The notes: a model not told the origin generated them from the sequence alone. Counted from the stretch's first letter, positions 10,601 to 18,666 are shown. The stretch is 64,000 bases of DNA from Dehalococcoidia bacterium (GCA_965247635.1 CBDFHJ010000010.1:261918-325917), one strand, 5' to 3'. Numbers and translations are program-made.

Positions 10601-11625
10601 AGGTTGAGGAGCGAGAGGTTGGTGAGGTTACCGAGCTCAGGAGGAATGGAGCCAGTGAGCTCGTTGCTGTGCAGGTTGAGGACCGTCAGGTCTGTGAGAT
10701 TGCCCAGCTCTGCGGGGATCGGGCCGGTGAGTTCGTTGCCGTCGAGGTAGAGGAGCTTCAAGTTGGAGAGGTCGCCAAGCACTGCCGGGATCGGGCCGGT
10801 CAGTCCATCGCTGCGAAGATTGAGCGCCACCAAGTTGGTGAGATTGCCCAACTCAGGAGGGATTGAGCCGGTGAGACTGTTGTCGGCGAGGTAAAGCTCG
10901 AGCAGCCTGGGGAGGTCGCCCAGCTCTGCGGGGATGGAGCCGGTGAGTCCGTTGTTGAAGAGGTAGAGGAGCGTTAGGTTGGCCAGGTTGCCCAACTCAG
11001 GAGGGATTGAGCCGGTAAGATTGTTGCCGTCGAGGTAGAGTTCGGTCAGGTTAGAGAGGTTGCCCAGCTCAACGCGTAGGGAGCCGCTGATCTCGTTATT
11101 GCGGAGATTGAGGACCGTCAGGTCTGTGAGATTGCCCAGCTCTACGGGGATCGAGCCGCTGAGGTCTCTCCTTCTGAGCTGGAGTTTCGCGACCCTGCCA
11201 CGTGAAACGGAGACACCTTCCCAGTTAGCGATGGGCGTGTTGACGCTCCAGTCCAACACATTTTCCGGGTCGAGTGTTGCCTTGACATCAAGCAGGGTCT
11301 CGCAATTGGCGACGAGGCCTACCTCTTGGCCGGGCACGGCTATACCGTTGTCGCAGCCGTGGCTGTTGGCAAAAACGGGGTGCTCTAATGTGGCAGCAGC
11401 CGCAAACAGGAAGACGATAAAGGCAGCAATACCCAGCTTGACTGGGATGTTGCGGGTTCTCTGACTCGCGGTGGGAACGCGATCGGCTATCACCCCAAGG
11501 CCTCGGCGTGATAGCCGTTGTTTCAAGTTTGATTTGCCCAACGATCTTCCTTTGGCGACAATCCTCACCCATTCTTCCCAGTACGGAGACAGTGAAGCGC
11601 CAACTTCGACCGGAGAGCGCGCCAC
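7636..11625 (-). CDS. Giant membrane-anchored leucine-rich-repeat protein (plant-type 24-residue LRRs, receptor-like-protein architecture, no kinase)
   Basis: 1329-aa ORF. It has an N-terminal hydrophobic anchor (KLGIAAFIVFLFAAAA) and an LRRNT-like cap (CETLLDVKATLDPENVLDWSVNTPIANWEGVSV). About 43 repeats follow, of the form LxxLxxLxLxxNxL(S/T)GxIPxELGxLxx. Near the C-terminus is a TM segment (LSALALALVAIGGMAIGAITGGIVVAGV) and a tail of about 90 aa. Confidence 0.9.
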   Translation of the reverse strand: MARSPVEVGASLSPYWEEWVRIVAKGRSLGKSNLKQRLSRRGLGVIADRVPTASQRTRNIPVKLGIAAFIVFLFAAAATLEHPVFANSHGCDNGIAVPGQEVGLVANCETLLDVKATLDPENVLDWSVNTPIANWEGVSVSRGRVAKLQLRRRDLSGSIPVELGNLTDLTVLNLRNNEISGSLRVELGNLSNLTELYLDGNNLTGSIPPELGNLANLTLLYLFNNGLTGSIPAELGDLPRLLELYLADNSLTGSIPPELGNLTNLVALNLRSDGLTGPIPAVLGDLSNLKLLYLDGNELTGPIPAELGNLTDLTVLNLHSNELTGSIPPELGNLTNLSLLNLHSNELTGSIPPELGNLTNLSLLNLHSNELTGPIPAELGNLTNVTRLYLYSNELSGPIPAELGNLTDLTLLYLFNNGLSGPIPAELGNLSNLTVLNLHSNELTGSIPTELGDMAALTNLQLQGNELTGPIPAELGNLTNVTRLYLYSNELSGLIPTELGNLTDLTLLYLYANGLSGRIPAELGNLIDLTVLSLHSNEFTGPIPAELGDLAALTNLQLQGNELTGSIPPELGNLTNLSLLNLHSNELTGPIPASLGDLAALTHLYLYANELSGPIPASLGDLTALTHLYLYGNDLAGSIPAELGTLTGLTQLDLSNNELTDQIPVELGNLADLTILTLNNNGLSGAIPHQLGNLTDLRELTLSDNMLDGPIPVELGDLTDLTILTLNNNELSGAIPHQLGNPTDLRELTLSDNMLDGPIPVELGDLTDLTILTLNNNGLSGAIPHQLGNPTDLRELTLGNNELDGPIPVELGDLTDLTILTLNNNGLSGAIPHQLGNLTDLRELTLGNNELDGPIPVELGDLTDLTILTLNNNGLSGAIPHQLGNLTDLRELTLGNNELSGVIPPELGHLTNLRELTLSDNTLMGPIPVELGELIYLTVLTLNNNELSGAIPHQLGGLTDLRELTLSDNLLDGPIPMELGTLTSLTILTLGNNELSGAIPPQLGNLTDLTNLSIEGNELSGSIPLQLANLTGLTVLSLNNNALTGPLPPELGNLTDLTELHLNVNRFSGPIPAEFGNLINLTVLSLSANGLSGPLPPELGDLTDLTELHLNVNRFSGPIPAEFGNLINLTVLSLSANGLSGPLPPELGNLTDLTELHLGGNQLTGPIPVALRDLVHLTDLDVGRDRTTRSDPVEFGDTSTAEHTAETTGPMPSVTNDRGPQLSALALALVAIGGMAIGAITGGIVVAGVQRKWGWTRFFWGANSLPTTMARGVATAVRWLHSSLDSTARALTTAARIAALWVFNSSPRSLTDDVTIVVRKVVRMVRRND
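8161..8448. repeat. Two nearly identical 144-bp tandem units (two LRRs each) inside the LRR gene
   Basis: Direct reading: 8161..8304 and 8305..8448 differ at only a few bases. Confidence 0.85.
8765..9600. repeat. Array of 144-bp-period near-identical coding repeats inside the LRR gene
   Basis: The motif tggtgaggaatcgcgccgctcag recurs at 8981, 9125, 9269, 9413 and 9557 (exact 144-bp spacing) and at 8765. Confidence 0.85.
10511..10680. repeat. 72-bp tandem coding repeat (about 2.3 copies) inside the LRR gene
   Basis: gtgagctcgttgctgtgcaggttgaggagcgagaggttggtgaggttaccgagctcaggaggaatggagcca restarts at 10511, 10583 and 10655. Confidence 0.85.
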
Positions 11626-11697
11626 AGGGCCGCTTCAGATGCGCCCCAGCATAATTTCCCAAGATACAAGATAAATGTTGATGAATTATTAGCTAAT

Positions 11698-11727
11698 TGT
11701 AGACCAGCAGCGATAATGTGACACATC
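11698..11727 (+). mobile_element. Solo left-end remnant of an IS-A-related element
   Basis: tgtagaccagcagcgataatgtgacacatc matches the IS-A left repeat tgtagaccgtcagcgataatgggacacat. It is followed immediately by an IS-B end. Confidence 0.6.
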
Positions 11728-12090
11728 TGATTCAAGTGGACCCCATCATCAGGACAGCGGTGAGGCTAAAATAAGAGAGTCTACCGCTGGGGTGTCTCGT
11801 AAACCTTCATCCGATGGTAAGGCTCGTTGATGTTCCAGTAAACACCTTTGTGGGCTCACCGCTTGGAACACCTGACCCGGTGACCGATAGCCCAGGGCTT
11901 GATGGGGCCGCTCTTGGTTGTAGAAGGCCAGATAAGCCCCAATCCCCTTTCTGGCCTCAGTCCCATTTTGGTATGCCTTCAGGTACACCTCCTCGTACTT
12001 GATGCTGCGCCACAGCCGTTCCACGAAGACATTGTCCATGCACCGGCCCCTGCCGTCCATGCTCACTTGAACGCCTTGCGCCAGCAGCAT
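11728..12090 (-). pseudogene. IS3-family element IS-B, 3' fragment (last 113 codons of OrfB plus terminal repeat)
   Basis: Near-identical to 17434..17800 of the full IS-B copy. ORF 11749..12090 equals the OrfB C-terminus. Confidence 0.85.
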
Positions 12091-12094
12091 GGAC

Positions 12095-12388
12095 CAGATG
12101 CAACCGACACAAAAACCTGCGGTACTCCTGGGCGGTTGATTTGGATGCAGCGAGCGGAGACGGTCGCATATCCTAGCTGGTTTGGCGTCGCCAGCTCGTT
12201 GATCTGACGCCGAACGGCCTGATGACGGGTCCGAGTCTCAATACGTGGGCCGGCGCATGGTCCTGGTAGACCTGGCGGACCGTCAGGCCGGCACGCTCTG
12301 CGTACTCGGTGCAGGCGTGGATCTGAACGCCGAGGTCCTAGCGTTCGTCGTTTGTGCTCACTCTGGCATAGATCACGACGCTCGGCAT
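12095..12388 (-). pseudogene. Serine recombinase (resolvase/invertase-type) N-terminal remnant
   Basis: The minus frame from 12388 reads MPSVVIYARVSTNDER-stop-DLGVQIHACTEYAERAGLTV. The YARVST catalytic-serine motif is present but there is an in-frame TAG at codon 17 and the frame is lost later. Confidence 0.4.
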
Positions 12389-12683
12389 TGGATCACCAGC
12401 CTATCCGCCCACAGTGCGGGCATGCGCTCCATACCACGCGCCGCCACTCGGCGGACGACCGGGGAGACTCACTCTGGACCTGGCCTCCACCCTTCAACGT
12501 TGGCTGAAGGTCTGGCGGTCAAGGGCGTCAGCATGCGCCGGAGCGGTCAAACCGCCGTCAACCGGGAGGCCGACGGAAGGGAAAGGCTGATACCCCGTTT
12601 CTCGGCAGCGAAATGCGCCATAGTCAAACACGCGCTGGGAGCGCCTCCTGGACGATATGCTGTCCGTCCCCGGCTGAGGGCGC

Positions 12684-12688
12684 GTGAC
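12684..12688 (+). other. Displaced 5' end (GTG start plus first two bases of codon 2) of the dihydropyrimidinase gene whose body starts at 57570
   Basis: ctGAGGGcgcGTGAC at 12674..12688. Joining it to 57570 (dropping one GAC copy) gives GTG ACG TCG GTA CTG ATA AAG = MTSVLIK. Confidence 0.6.
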
Positions 12689-12731
12689 TGTTAGCAACCA
12701 GCAAAAGTGGGACACATTGGGAGCCGAGAGA

Positions 12732-13717
12732 TCAGGGGCTGGATGGAGGTCTGGCGAGCTCCCTGAGGGCCCTGTTGTAGCGTCGTCGCCGTTCGGTGGT
12801 TTGAGCCTTCACCTCCTTCCTGCGTTGTAGGATCTCTTGCCGTCTTCCCTTGAGCACGTCTGATGGTGTCACGTTGCCCAGAGCCTTGTGATAGCGCCGG
12901 TAGTTGTAGTAGCTGACGAAGGCCGCGATAGCAGCCTCAAGGTCGGCGGGCAACTCATAAGGCACCTGGTTGACGTCCCGTTTGATGGTCTGGTGGTAGC
13001 GCTCCACTTCCCGTTGGTCTGAGGGTGGAAAGGAGTTGCTAGGATGTGCTTGATGCCAACCATCCCCAGGTAGTCCCTGAATGCTCTTGAGACATAGCCT
13101 GGACCGTTGTCACTCAGCAGCCTGGTGCGGTCTGTGACTGGAACTTGGTCCATGCTGGTCGTGTCCACAGCATCCTGGACCACCTCGATGAAGGAGTCGG
13201 CCGTCATATCTTGCTGAAGCCTGTGAGCCAGGATGAAGCGGGAGTAGTCGTCCATAACGGTGACCAGGTAGTAGTAGCCCCACCCAACCACCCTGAAGTA
13301 TGAGGCATCGGTGGCCCACATCTGGTGAGGTCCTGTGGTCTTGAGGTGGTACTCCTTCCCCGCGGCCAACCGCATCTCAGGCCTCTTCACTAGGCCCTCC
13401 CTGCCCAGGATACGGTAGACGCTGGACTCTGAGACTGAGAAGCCCTGGTTGTCGGTGATCCCCGCGGCCAGCTGACGGCAGCTCAGCTCTGGCATCTCCC
13501 TGGCTGATAACAGGACTGAGCGTTCTTCCTGAATAGTAAGACGGTTCCATGGTGGCTGATCGCCTCCTGGTCGGTCCTCAAGTCCTTGTTGGTCTTGGCG
13601 TCTGAGCCACCGGTAGTAGGTGCTCTTAGGGATGCCCAGCTCTCTGAGGACCTTTCGCTTGGGGAGGGGAGACGAGGATACTTTGGTAACTACCTCTGCC
13701 TTCTCCGGGGCGCTCAT
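12732..13717 (-). pseudogene. IS-A OrfB, frameshifted at the NGK-LERYH catalytic-Glu region
   Basis: ORFs 12869..13717 and 12732..13007 together equal the intact 328-aa OrfB apart from a 1-nt deletion. Confidence 0.9.
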
Positions 13718-14121
13718 CCGCTGGTACCGGTGGCGTCCTGGGGCATGGGGATGGCCGTTTTTTTGAGACGGTACGCCTCCAGCGACAGATCGGCCACTAG
13801 CTCCTTGAGTTCCCCGTTCTCTCGCTTGAGTTGCCCTACCTCATGCTGAGTGGCGTCCCGAACCGAGTCACGGGTCAACCTCTCCTTGCCCGCCTCCATG
13901 AACTCTTTGGTCCACGAGTAGTAGGAGTGGGGCTTGATCCCCTCCCGCCGGCACAGGTCGTTGACTGTGACCTCGCGGCGGAAGCCCTCCAGAACAATTC
14001 GGATCTTCTCTTCGGGGGTGTACTTACGTCGGGCAGCCGCCTTCACTGTGCGGACGAAAGACCTGGTCTGCTCGCTTCGTTCCTCGGCGGCCTCTGCTTT
14101 GCTTACTTCTAATTGGGACAC
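13714..14121 (-). CDS. IS-A OrfA
   Basis: 135-aa ORF identical to 2048..2455. Confidence 0.85.
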   Translation of the reverse strand: MSQLEVSKAEAAEERSEQTRSFVRTVKAAARRKYTPEEKIRIVLEGFRREVTVNDLCRREGIKPHSYYSWTKEFMEAGKERLTRDSVRDATQHEVGQLKRENGELKELVADLSLEAYRLKKTAIPMPQDATGTSG

Positions 14122-14232
14122 ATCTGCTCCTTTCTGTGGGTAGCTCTACCCTCATTTCAGGAGCTCACACCACCCTCCGACTCTCGGGTTTTCCTACCCT
14201 TATATGTGTCCCATTATCGCTGACGGTCTACA

Positions 14233-14564
14233 GTGTTGTGGAGCCCCCGGTAATCCTGTCTGGGTTGCCACATAGGTTCCCACAGGTAGCGGGGCATCCC
14301 CCCCACTTCGTCCGTAGAGAAGCAGCGCAGTATTAGGGATTCGGGTTCCCACTCCGCCCAGGCCCAGAGTCTTCCCTCTTCAGCTTGCTCCGAATCCACT
14401 GAGTCAATCCAAGCTCCGTCAATTTCAAGAAACTTGCGTCCATGGGAGTTATTGCAGCCGTTAGGTTTCCTGGTTGGATTCCACTCCTTCCAATCGCCGT
14501 GATCCGGAGAGTGCTCTCTTCCCGGGTGAGGGAATTGGATGAAGCGTCGATTATCGGATGCCAT
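14233..14564 (-). pseudogene. Hypothetical protein, 3' end cut by IS-A copy 2 (second gene of the UDG-like operon)
   Basis: ORF 14214..14564 (MASDNRRFIQFPHPGREHSPDHGDWKEWNP..). Its last six codons (TVDRQR) belong to the IS end. The start overlaps the upstream gene by 14 nt. Confidence 0.5.
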
Positions 14565-15327
14565 GCCGCCACCACTCTTTCACAATCCTACCCGCTTGCC
14601 TCTTTTGCTCATGGCTCAATCCAGCCAGGGGTTTCTGTGACGCCGGAACGTGCGCTATGAGGGCGCGTTTCCCAGTGGAAAGCGCGAACCAGCGGACCGC
14701 GATTCCTATTGGCCGGCTGCGCCGATTGCCATCTCTGGTCAGGTCAAACGTGTGGATTCGTTCCCAATCGGTGAGCGGCGTGAATTCAACCAACTCCAGC
14801 CACCGCCGCGCCGTGGACTGGAGCAAAACATCCGGCTGAAGCCGCTCAATGAGCCGGTGCCAAAGCGGTACGCCTTCCCTGGTCAGTCTCCAGCGTACAG
14901 GAGGGTCAAGACCGCTCCAAGTGGGATCGGTGGGAAGCGCTGACCCGGTGTCAGTATGCAGGGCTACGTTCTCCGTTCCTCCGTAGTAGGACGATCCCAT
15001 TCCCTTCAGAGCCTGCTCATAGAAATCGAACCACGAACTGTATGGCGAATTCTGGAAGTATGCAAAGAGAGACCGTAGGTAGGAGCTGTCATCATCCGAA
15101 TCGGCTTCGGGAAATCGGCTGAACGGAGTCTCCATCGGAAACTCGTGCCGTGACGGATTCAATCCCACAGTGGCCACTCGGAATTGCGATGTTTCGAATC
15201 CGGGAAGGTCACCGAAAAAGAGCACAGGCGCAGAGGGCTTTACTACCCAATTCTGTTCACGGTTTGCTTGGTAAGAGGTGGTCTCGTTTGTCTGAACAGC
15301 GCTGCCCGGTTTGATAAGTGGAATCAC
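14551..15327 (-). CDS. Uracil-DNA-glycosylase-superfamily-like protein (tentative); first five codons lie inside the IS-F terminal repeat
   Basis: 258-aa ORF. VATVGLNPSRHEF resembles UDG-superfamily motif 1 (GxNPG/S of the Mug/SMUG families). LIAHVPASQKPL is placed like motif 2. Judged by eye only. Confidence 0.45.
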   Translation of the reverse strand: MIPLIKPGSAVQTNETTSYQANREQNWVVKPSAPVLFFGDLPGFETSQFRVATVGLNPSRHEFPMETPFSRFPEADSDDDSSYLRSLFAYFQNSPYSSWFDFYEQALKGMGSSYYGGTENVALHTDTGSALPTDPTWSGLDPPVRWRLTREGVPLWHRLIERLQPDVLLQSTARRWLELVEFTPLTDWERIHTFDLTRDGNRRSRPIGIAVRWFALSTGKRALIAHVPASQKPLAGLSHEQKRQAGRIVKEWWRHGIR

Positions 15328-15338
15328 GCTGCCGTGCG

Positions 15339-16166
15339 TTAGGCCGCCGCGGACTCGGCAGGCGCTCTGTCAAAGAACTGGTCCGGCGTCATTCCCCCAA
15401 GGCTCGAATGGGGCCGTCCGGCATTGTAAAACTCGAAGTACCGCCCGAGTCCAGTTCTGGCTTCCGGGACCGATTCGTAGGCTCTCAGGTACACCTCCTC
15501 GTACTTGACGCTCTTCCACAGCCGTTCGACGAACACATTATCCTTCCAGCTTCCCTTCCCGTCCATGCTGATCTGGATCCCATTGGCTTTCAGCAGGCCG
15601 GTGAAGGCGTCACTTGTGAACTGGCTTCCCTGATCTGTGTTGAATATCTCCGGCGCGCCGTGGCGTCCCAGGGATTCTTCGAGCGCCTCCACGCAGAAGT
15701 CTGCGTCCATTGTGACCGATACCCGCCAGGCCAGCACCTTGCGGCTATGCCAGTCCATCACTGCGGCTAGGTACACGAACCCCCTGGCCATCGGAATGTA
15801 CGTGATATCCATTGCCCACACCTGGTTGGGCCTGCTCACCTCAAGCCCGCGCAGCAGGTACGGATACACCGTATGGCCGGGCCGTCGCCGGCTGGTGTTG
15901 GGCTTGCGGTACAGCGCCTCGATGCCCATCCGCCGCATCAGTGTGGCGATGTGCCTACGCCCGGAGGAGAGTCCCTCCTGGCGGAGCAGGCCTCGCATCA
16001 TCCTACTGCCTGCAAACGGATACTCAAGGTGCAGCTCATCGATGCGGCGCATCAGTCCGAGACCGGCTTCGCCCACCGGCCGTGGCCGGTAGTAGATGCT
16101 CCCGCGGCTGATGCCCACTGCCTTTGCCTGGCGGGCGAGAGGCAGCTTGTGATCACGGTCGATCAT
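15339..16166 (-). CDS. IS-F OrfB transposase
   Basis: 275-aa ORF with the motifs [24 protein letters not shown] and [19 protein letters not shown]. Confidence 0.85.
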   Translation of the reverse strand: MIDRDHKLPLARQAKAVGISRGSIYYRPRPVGEAGLGLMRRIDELHLEYPFAGSRMMRGLLRQEGLSSGRRHIATLMRRMGIEALYRKPNTSRRRPGHTVYPYLLRGLEVSRPNQVWAMDITYIPMARGFVYLAAVMDWHSRKVLAWRVSVTMDADFCVEALEESLGRHGAPEIFNTDQGSQFTSDAFTGLLKANGIQISMDGKGSWKDNVFVERLWKSVKYEEVYLRAYESVPEARTGLGRYFEFYNAGRPHSSLGGMTPDQFFDRAPAESAAA

Positions 16167-16468
16167 CGCCTTGCGCCCGGCAATCCCGCCTTCGTGAGCG
16201 CGGCCTCTAAAAAATCGTTCTCCAACGCAAGCTCACCGATCTTAGCGTGAAGGACCTTCATATCTACCGGCTTTTCAGCCTGCCCTGTCCCGGCGCCAAA
16301 TAACTGCGCCGCCCGATCCAGCAACTGGGTCTTCCATTGCGTGATCTGGTTCGGGTGCACATCGAACTGGCTTGCCAGCTCCGAAAGTGTCCGGTCGCCG
16401 CGTACTGCGGCAAGAGCCACCTTCGCCTTGAACTCTGCCGAGTGGTTACGGCGGGGTCGTCTCCTCAT
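16163..16468 (-). CDS. IS-F OrfA
   Basis: 101-aa ORF ([37 protein letters not shown]). Confidence 0.8.
   Translation of the reverse strand: MRRRPRRNHSAEFKAKVALAAVRGDRTLSELASQFDVHPNQITQWKTQLLDRAAQLFGAGTGQAEKPVDMKVLHAKIGELALENDFLEAALTKAGLPGARR
16208..16214 (-). promoter_or_regulatory. Candidate -1 frameshift heptamer T TTT TTA (IS-F)
   Basis: The minus strand reads GAT TTT TTA GAG in the orfA frame. Confidence 0.45.
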
Positions 16469-16729
16469 CTCTCGCTCCTGTCTCCGAGAGCACTATCATG
16501 CCCTCAATCAGGCAGCGATTCCACTTATCCCCCTGTTCAGATTTCCGGAGCCACTTCTCATAGTCCGGTTCTGAAGAACCCACCAATAAACGAGACCGGC
16601 CCAGGGAACCATTCGCTGGGCCGTTGATGTTGAAAGCGGCTTAGTTGTAAAGGCTCAATCGCGGGGTGCTCGCACGCGTTGCGCACATGCTTGCTAGGGC
16701 TCCCAGGAGGTTCAATATTAGGTACCTGA

Positions 16730-17089
16730 AAGAGCGAGTTCAAGCTTCCCGATGTAGTTGCCCCTAGCTCAAAATCGCTGCGGCAGCATCGAAATCCAGT
16801 CGTTCTTGCCAGAGAGCTACAACAATCACTGGATTCGGGCCAATGGGCGGATGCTGCAGATCTAGCCCGAGGCCTAGGCGTCTCAAGGGCCAGGGTTACT
16901 CAGCTCCTTGGGGTTCTGCACCTTGCCCCGGCCGCCATTCAGCACATCGAGGGGCTTGGGGACAGATGGTCCACACGACTTGTAGGCGAACACACGTTGC
17001 GGGATCTTGTCCATCTCCCCGAGGAGAGCCAACTCAAGAGGGTGCAGTATCTATCCAGGGCACAAGCCAATCCCTCTCGGCATGCGTGA
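16730..17089 (+). pseudogene. ParB/KorB-like HTH fragment without a start codon
   Basis: 120-codon open frame with no ATG or GTG near its 5' end. It reads ..LARELQQSLDSGQWADAADLARGLGVSRARVTQLLGVLHLAPAAIQHI.., matching the HTH region typical of ParB-family partition proteins. Confidence 0.4.
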
Positions 17090-17157
17090 AAGTTCGAATC
17101 CCAGAACTTTCGAACTCGCACTGCAGCTGTCGCTGTGACGGCGCTCCGGCTTCTGAA

Positions 17158-17346
17158 TCACTGCTTCTTACGAGCCGACAGACCGGCGCCGATTGCAAGC
17201 CCCGCCCCTGACCCAACGGGCAACAAAAATGCCAACCCGAAGTTGCCTATCGCAGCGCCAATAAGTATTCCAATGGCCCCGATGCCTGTGCCTAGGACCA
17301 GACCCATGCCAATGAGTTTCCTATTGTTCTCCGGCTCAGTGGACAT
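17158..17346 (-). CDS. Small glycine-zipper membrane protein
   Basis: 62 aa counted from the internal ATG at 17346, which has an AGGAGAGG SD. Sequence: MSTEPENNRKLIGMGLVLGTGIGAIGILIGAAIGNFGLAFLLPVGSGAGLAIGAGLSARKKQ. Confidence 0.6.
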   Translation of the reverse strand: MSTEPENNRKLIGMGLVLGTGIGAIGILIGAAIGNFGLAFLLPVGSGAGLAIGAGLSARKKQ

Positions 17347-17482
17347 AGCTAATTCCTCTCCTTTGCAAGTTAGGGATACTCTGAACAAGTCTGGGCATAG
17401 TAGCATAGGGAATAGCACTGTGTTCGGGGAGATTCAAGTGGACCCCATCATGAGGACAGCGGTGAGGCTAAAATAAGAGAGT

Positions 17483-18385
17483 CTACCGCTGGGGTGTCTC
17501 GTAACCTTCATCCGATGGTAAGGCTTGTGGATGTTCCAGTAAACACCTTTGTGGGCTCACTGCTTGGAACACCTGACCCGGTGACCGATAGCCCAGGGCT
17601 TGATGGGGCCGCTCTTGGTTGTAGAAGGCCAGATAAGCCCCAATCCCCTTTCTGGCCTCAGTCCCATTTTGGTATGCCTTCAGGTACACCTCCTCGTACT
17701 TGATGCTGCGCCACAGCCGTTCCACGAAGACGTTGTCCATGCACCGGCCCCTGCCGTCCATGCTCACTTGAACGCCTTGCGCCAGCAGCATGCTGGTGAA
17801 GGCCTCGCTGGTGAACTGGCTGCCCTGGTCGGTGTTGAAGATCTGTGGCCGACCCTTGCTCAAGGCCTCTTCCAGAGCCGCAACACAGAAGTCTACCTCC
17901 AGGGTGTTGGACAGCCGCCAGGCCAGCACGTAGCGGCTGTGCCAGTCCATGGTGGCCACCAAGTAGAGGAAACCCCGAGCCATGGGTATGTAGGTGATGT
18001 CGGTGGCCCACACCTGGTTGACCCGGTTGATCTCCAGCCCCCTGAGCAGGTACGGATAGACCTTATGCCCTGGGTTTGGCTTGCTGGTGTTGGGACGCCG
18101 GTAGATGGCCTCCAGGCCTATCAGCTGCATCAGCCGGCGGACCCGCTTGCGGTTGACCTGGTGTCCGTGATTTCTGAGCCAGGCAGTCATCCTTCTGGAG
18201 CCGTAGAAAGGTGTCTTCAGGTACTGTTGGTCTATGAGGGCCATCAACTCCAAGTCCTCGGCGCCGGCCTCGGTTGGCAGGTAGTACAACGAGGAGCGGC
18301 TGATACCCAGCAAGGCGCACTGGCGCACCAGAGACAGCTTCGGTTCTTCTCGGTCAATCATGGCCCGGCGTTGGGACCGGCTCAC
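17483..18385 (-). CDS. IS-B OrfB transposase
   Basis: 300-aa ORF with the motifs [24 protein letters not shown] and [19 protein letters not shown]. Confidence 0.85.
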   Translation of the reverse strand: MSRSQRRAMIDREEPKLSLVRQCALLGISRSSLYYLPTEAGAEDLELMALIDQQYLKTPFYGSRRMTAWLRNHGHQVNRKRVRRLMQLIGLEAIYRRPNTSKPNPGHKVYPYLLRGLEINRVNQVWATDITYIPMARGFLYLVATMDWHSRYVLAWRLSNTLEVDFCVAALEEALSKGRPQIFNTDQGSQFTSEAFTSMLLAQGVQVSMDGRGRCMDNVFVERLWRSIKYEEVYLKAYQNGTEARKGIGAYLAFYNQERPHQALGYRSPGQVFQAVSPQRCLLEHPQALPSDEGYETPQR

Positions 18386-18666
18386 AACCCGAAGCTCCGT
18401 GACAAAAAATCCCGTTCCACCTTGAGCTGCCCAATCTGTTGGTAGAGCTGGGCAGTGAGGACCTCTTGGTCCTTCTCCTGGCGTCCAGCACCATTTTCAA
18501 AGAGGTGCGGCGCCCCCTGAGTCAAGGCCTTCTTCCAGGCATGGATCTGGCTCGGGTGGACTTCAAACCGGCTGGCCAGCTCTGCAATGGTGTGCTCCCC
18601 CTGGAGCGCGGCCAAAGCCACTTTGGCCTTGAAGACTGGGCTGTGCTTCTTACGTGTTTGCTTCAT
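18382..18666 (-). CDS. IS-B OrfA
   Basis: 94-aa ORF ([37 protein letters not shown]). Confidence 0.8.
   Translation of the reverse strand: MKQTRKKHSPVFKAKVALAALQGEHTIAELASRFEVHPSQIHAWKKALTQGAPHLFENGAGRQEKDQEVLTAQLYQQIGQLKVERDFLSRSFGL
18403..18409 (-). promoter_or_regulatory. Candidate -1 frameshift heptamer T TTT TTG (IS-B)
   Basis: The minus strand reads GAT TTT TTG TCA in the orfA frame. Confidence 0.45.

Larger units (their letters stand above)
12689..14232 (-). mobile_element. IS-A copy 2 (full length, defective transposase)
   Basis: Both terminal repeats are present. It carries the same 1-nt deletion (aagtggag instead of aagctggag) as copy 1. Confidence 0.9.
15312..16530 (-). mobile_element. 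IS3-family element IS-F
   Basis: Inverted repeats tgataagtggaatcacgctgcc (15312..) and ggcagcgattccacttatc (..16529), with orfA and orfB inside. Confidence 0.8.

Noticed and set aside
8161-10700. Regularly spaced near-identical repeats that might be taken for a CRISPR array.
   Set aside because: The period is 72/144 bp with no unique spacers. The repeats are in-frame LRR coding units inside one long ORF. No cas genes are present.
7715-11464. Many plus-strand ORFs across the LRR gene (for example 7783..8619, 9745..10131, 10525..10866).
   Set aside because: They are antisense or off-frame products of the repeat array (periodic VAQL.RDGA.ELV patterns). Only the minus-strand frame runs uninterrupted for 1329 codons with signal, cap and TM features.
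12245-12715. ORFs 12245..12694 (+) and 12494..12715 (-).
   Set aside because: They have no SD, poor composition and overlap the resolvase remnant or the IS end. The region is better explained as the former upstream region of the dihydropyrimidinase gene.
16558-16743. 61-aa minus-strand ORF upstream of the UDG-like gene as an independent feature.
   Set aside because: It has no recognisable motif and overlaps the ParB-like frame. It is kept only as a possibility inside the operon finding because of its ATGA junction.
17078-17112. gttcgaatccc motif resembling a tRNA T-arm.
   Set aside because: The flanking bases do not form a T stem or an acceptor stem. It is part of a ttcgaa-containing palindrome-like stretch only.
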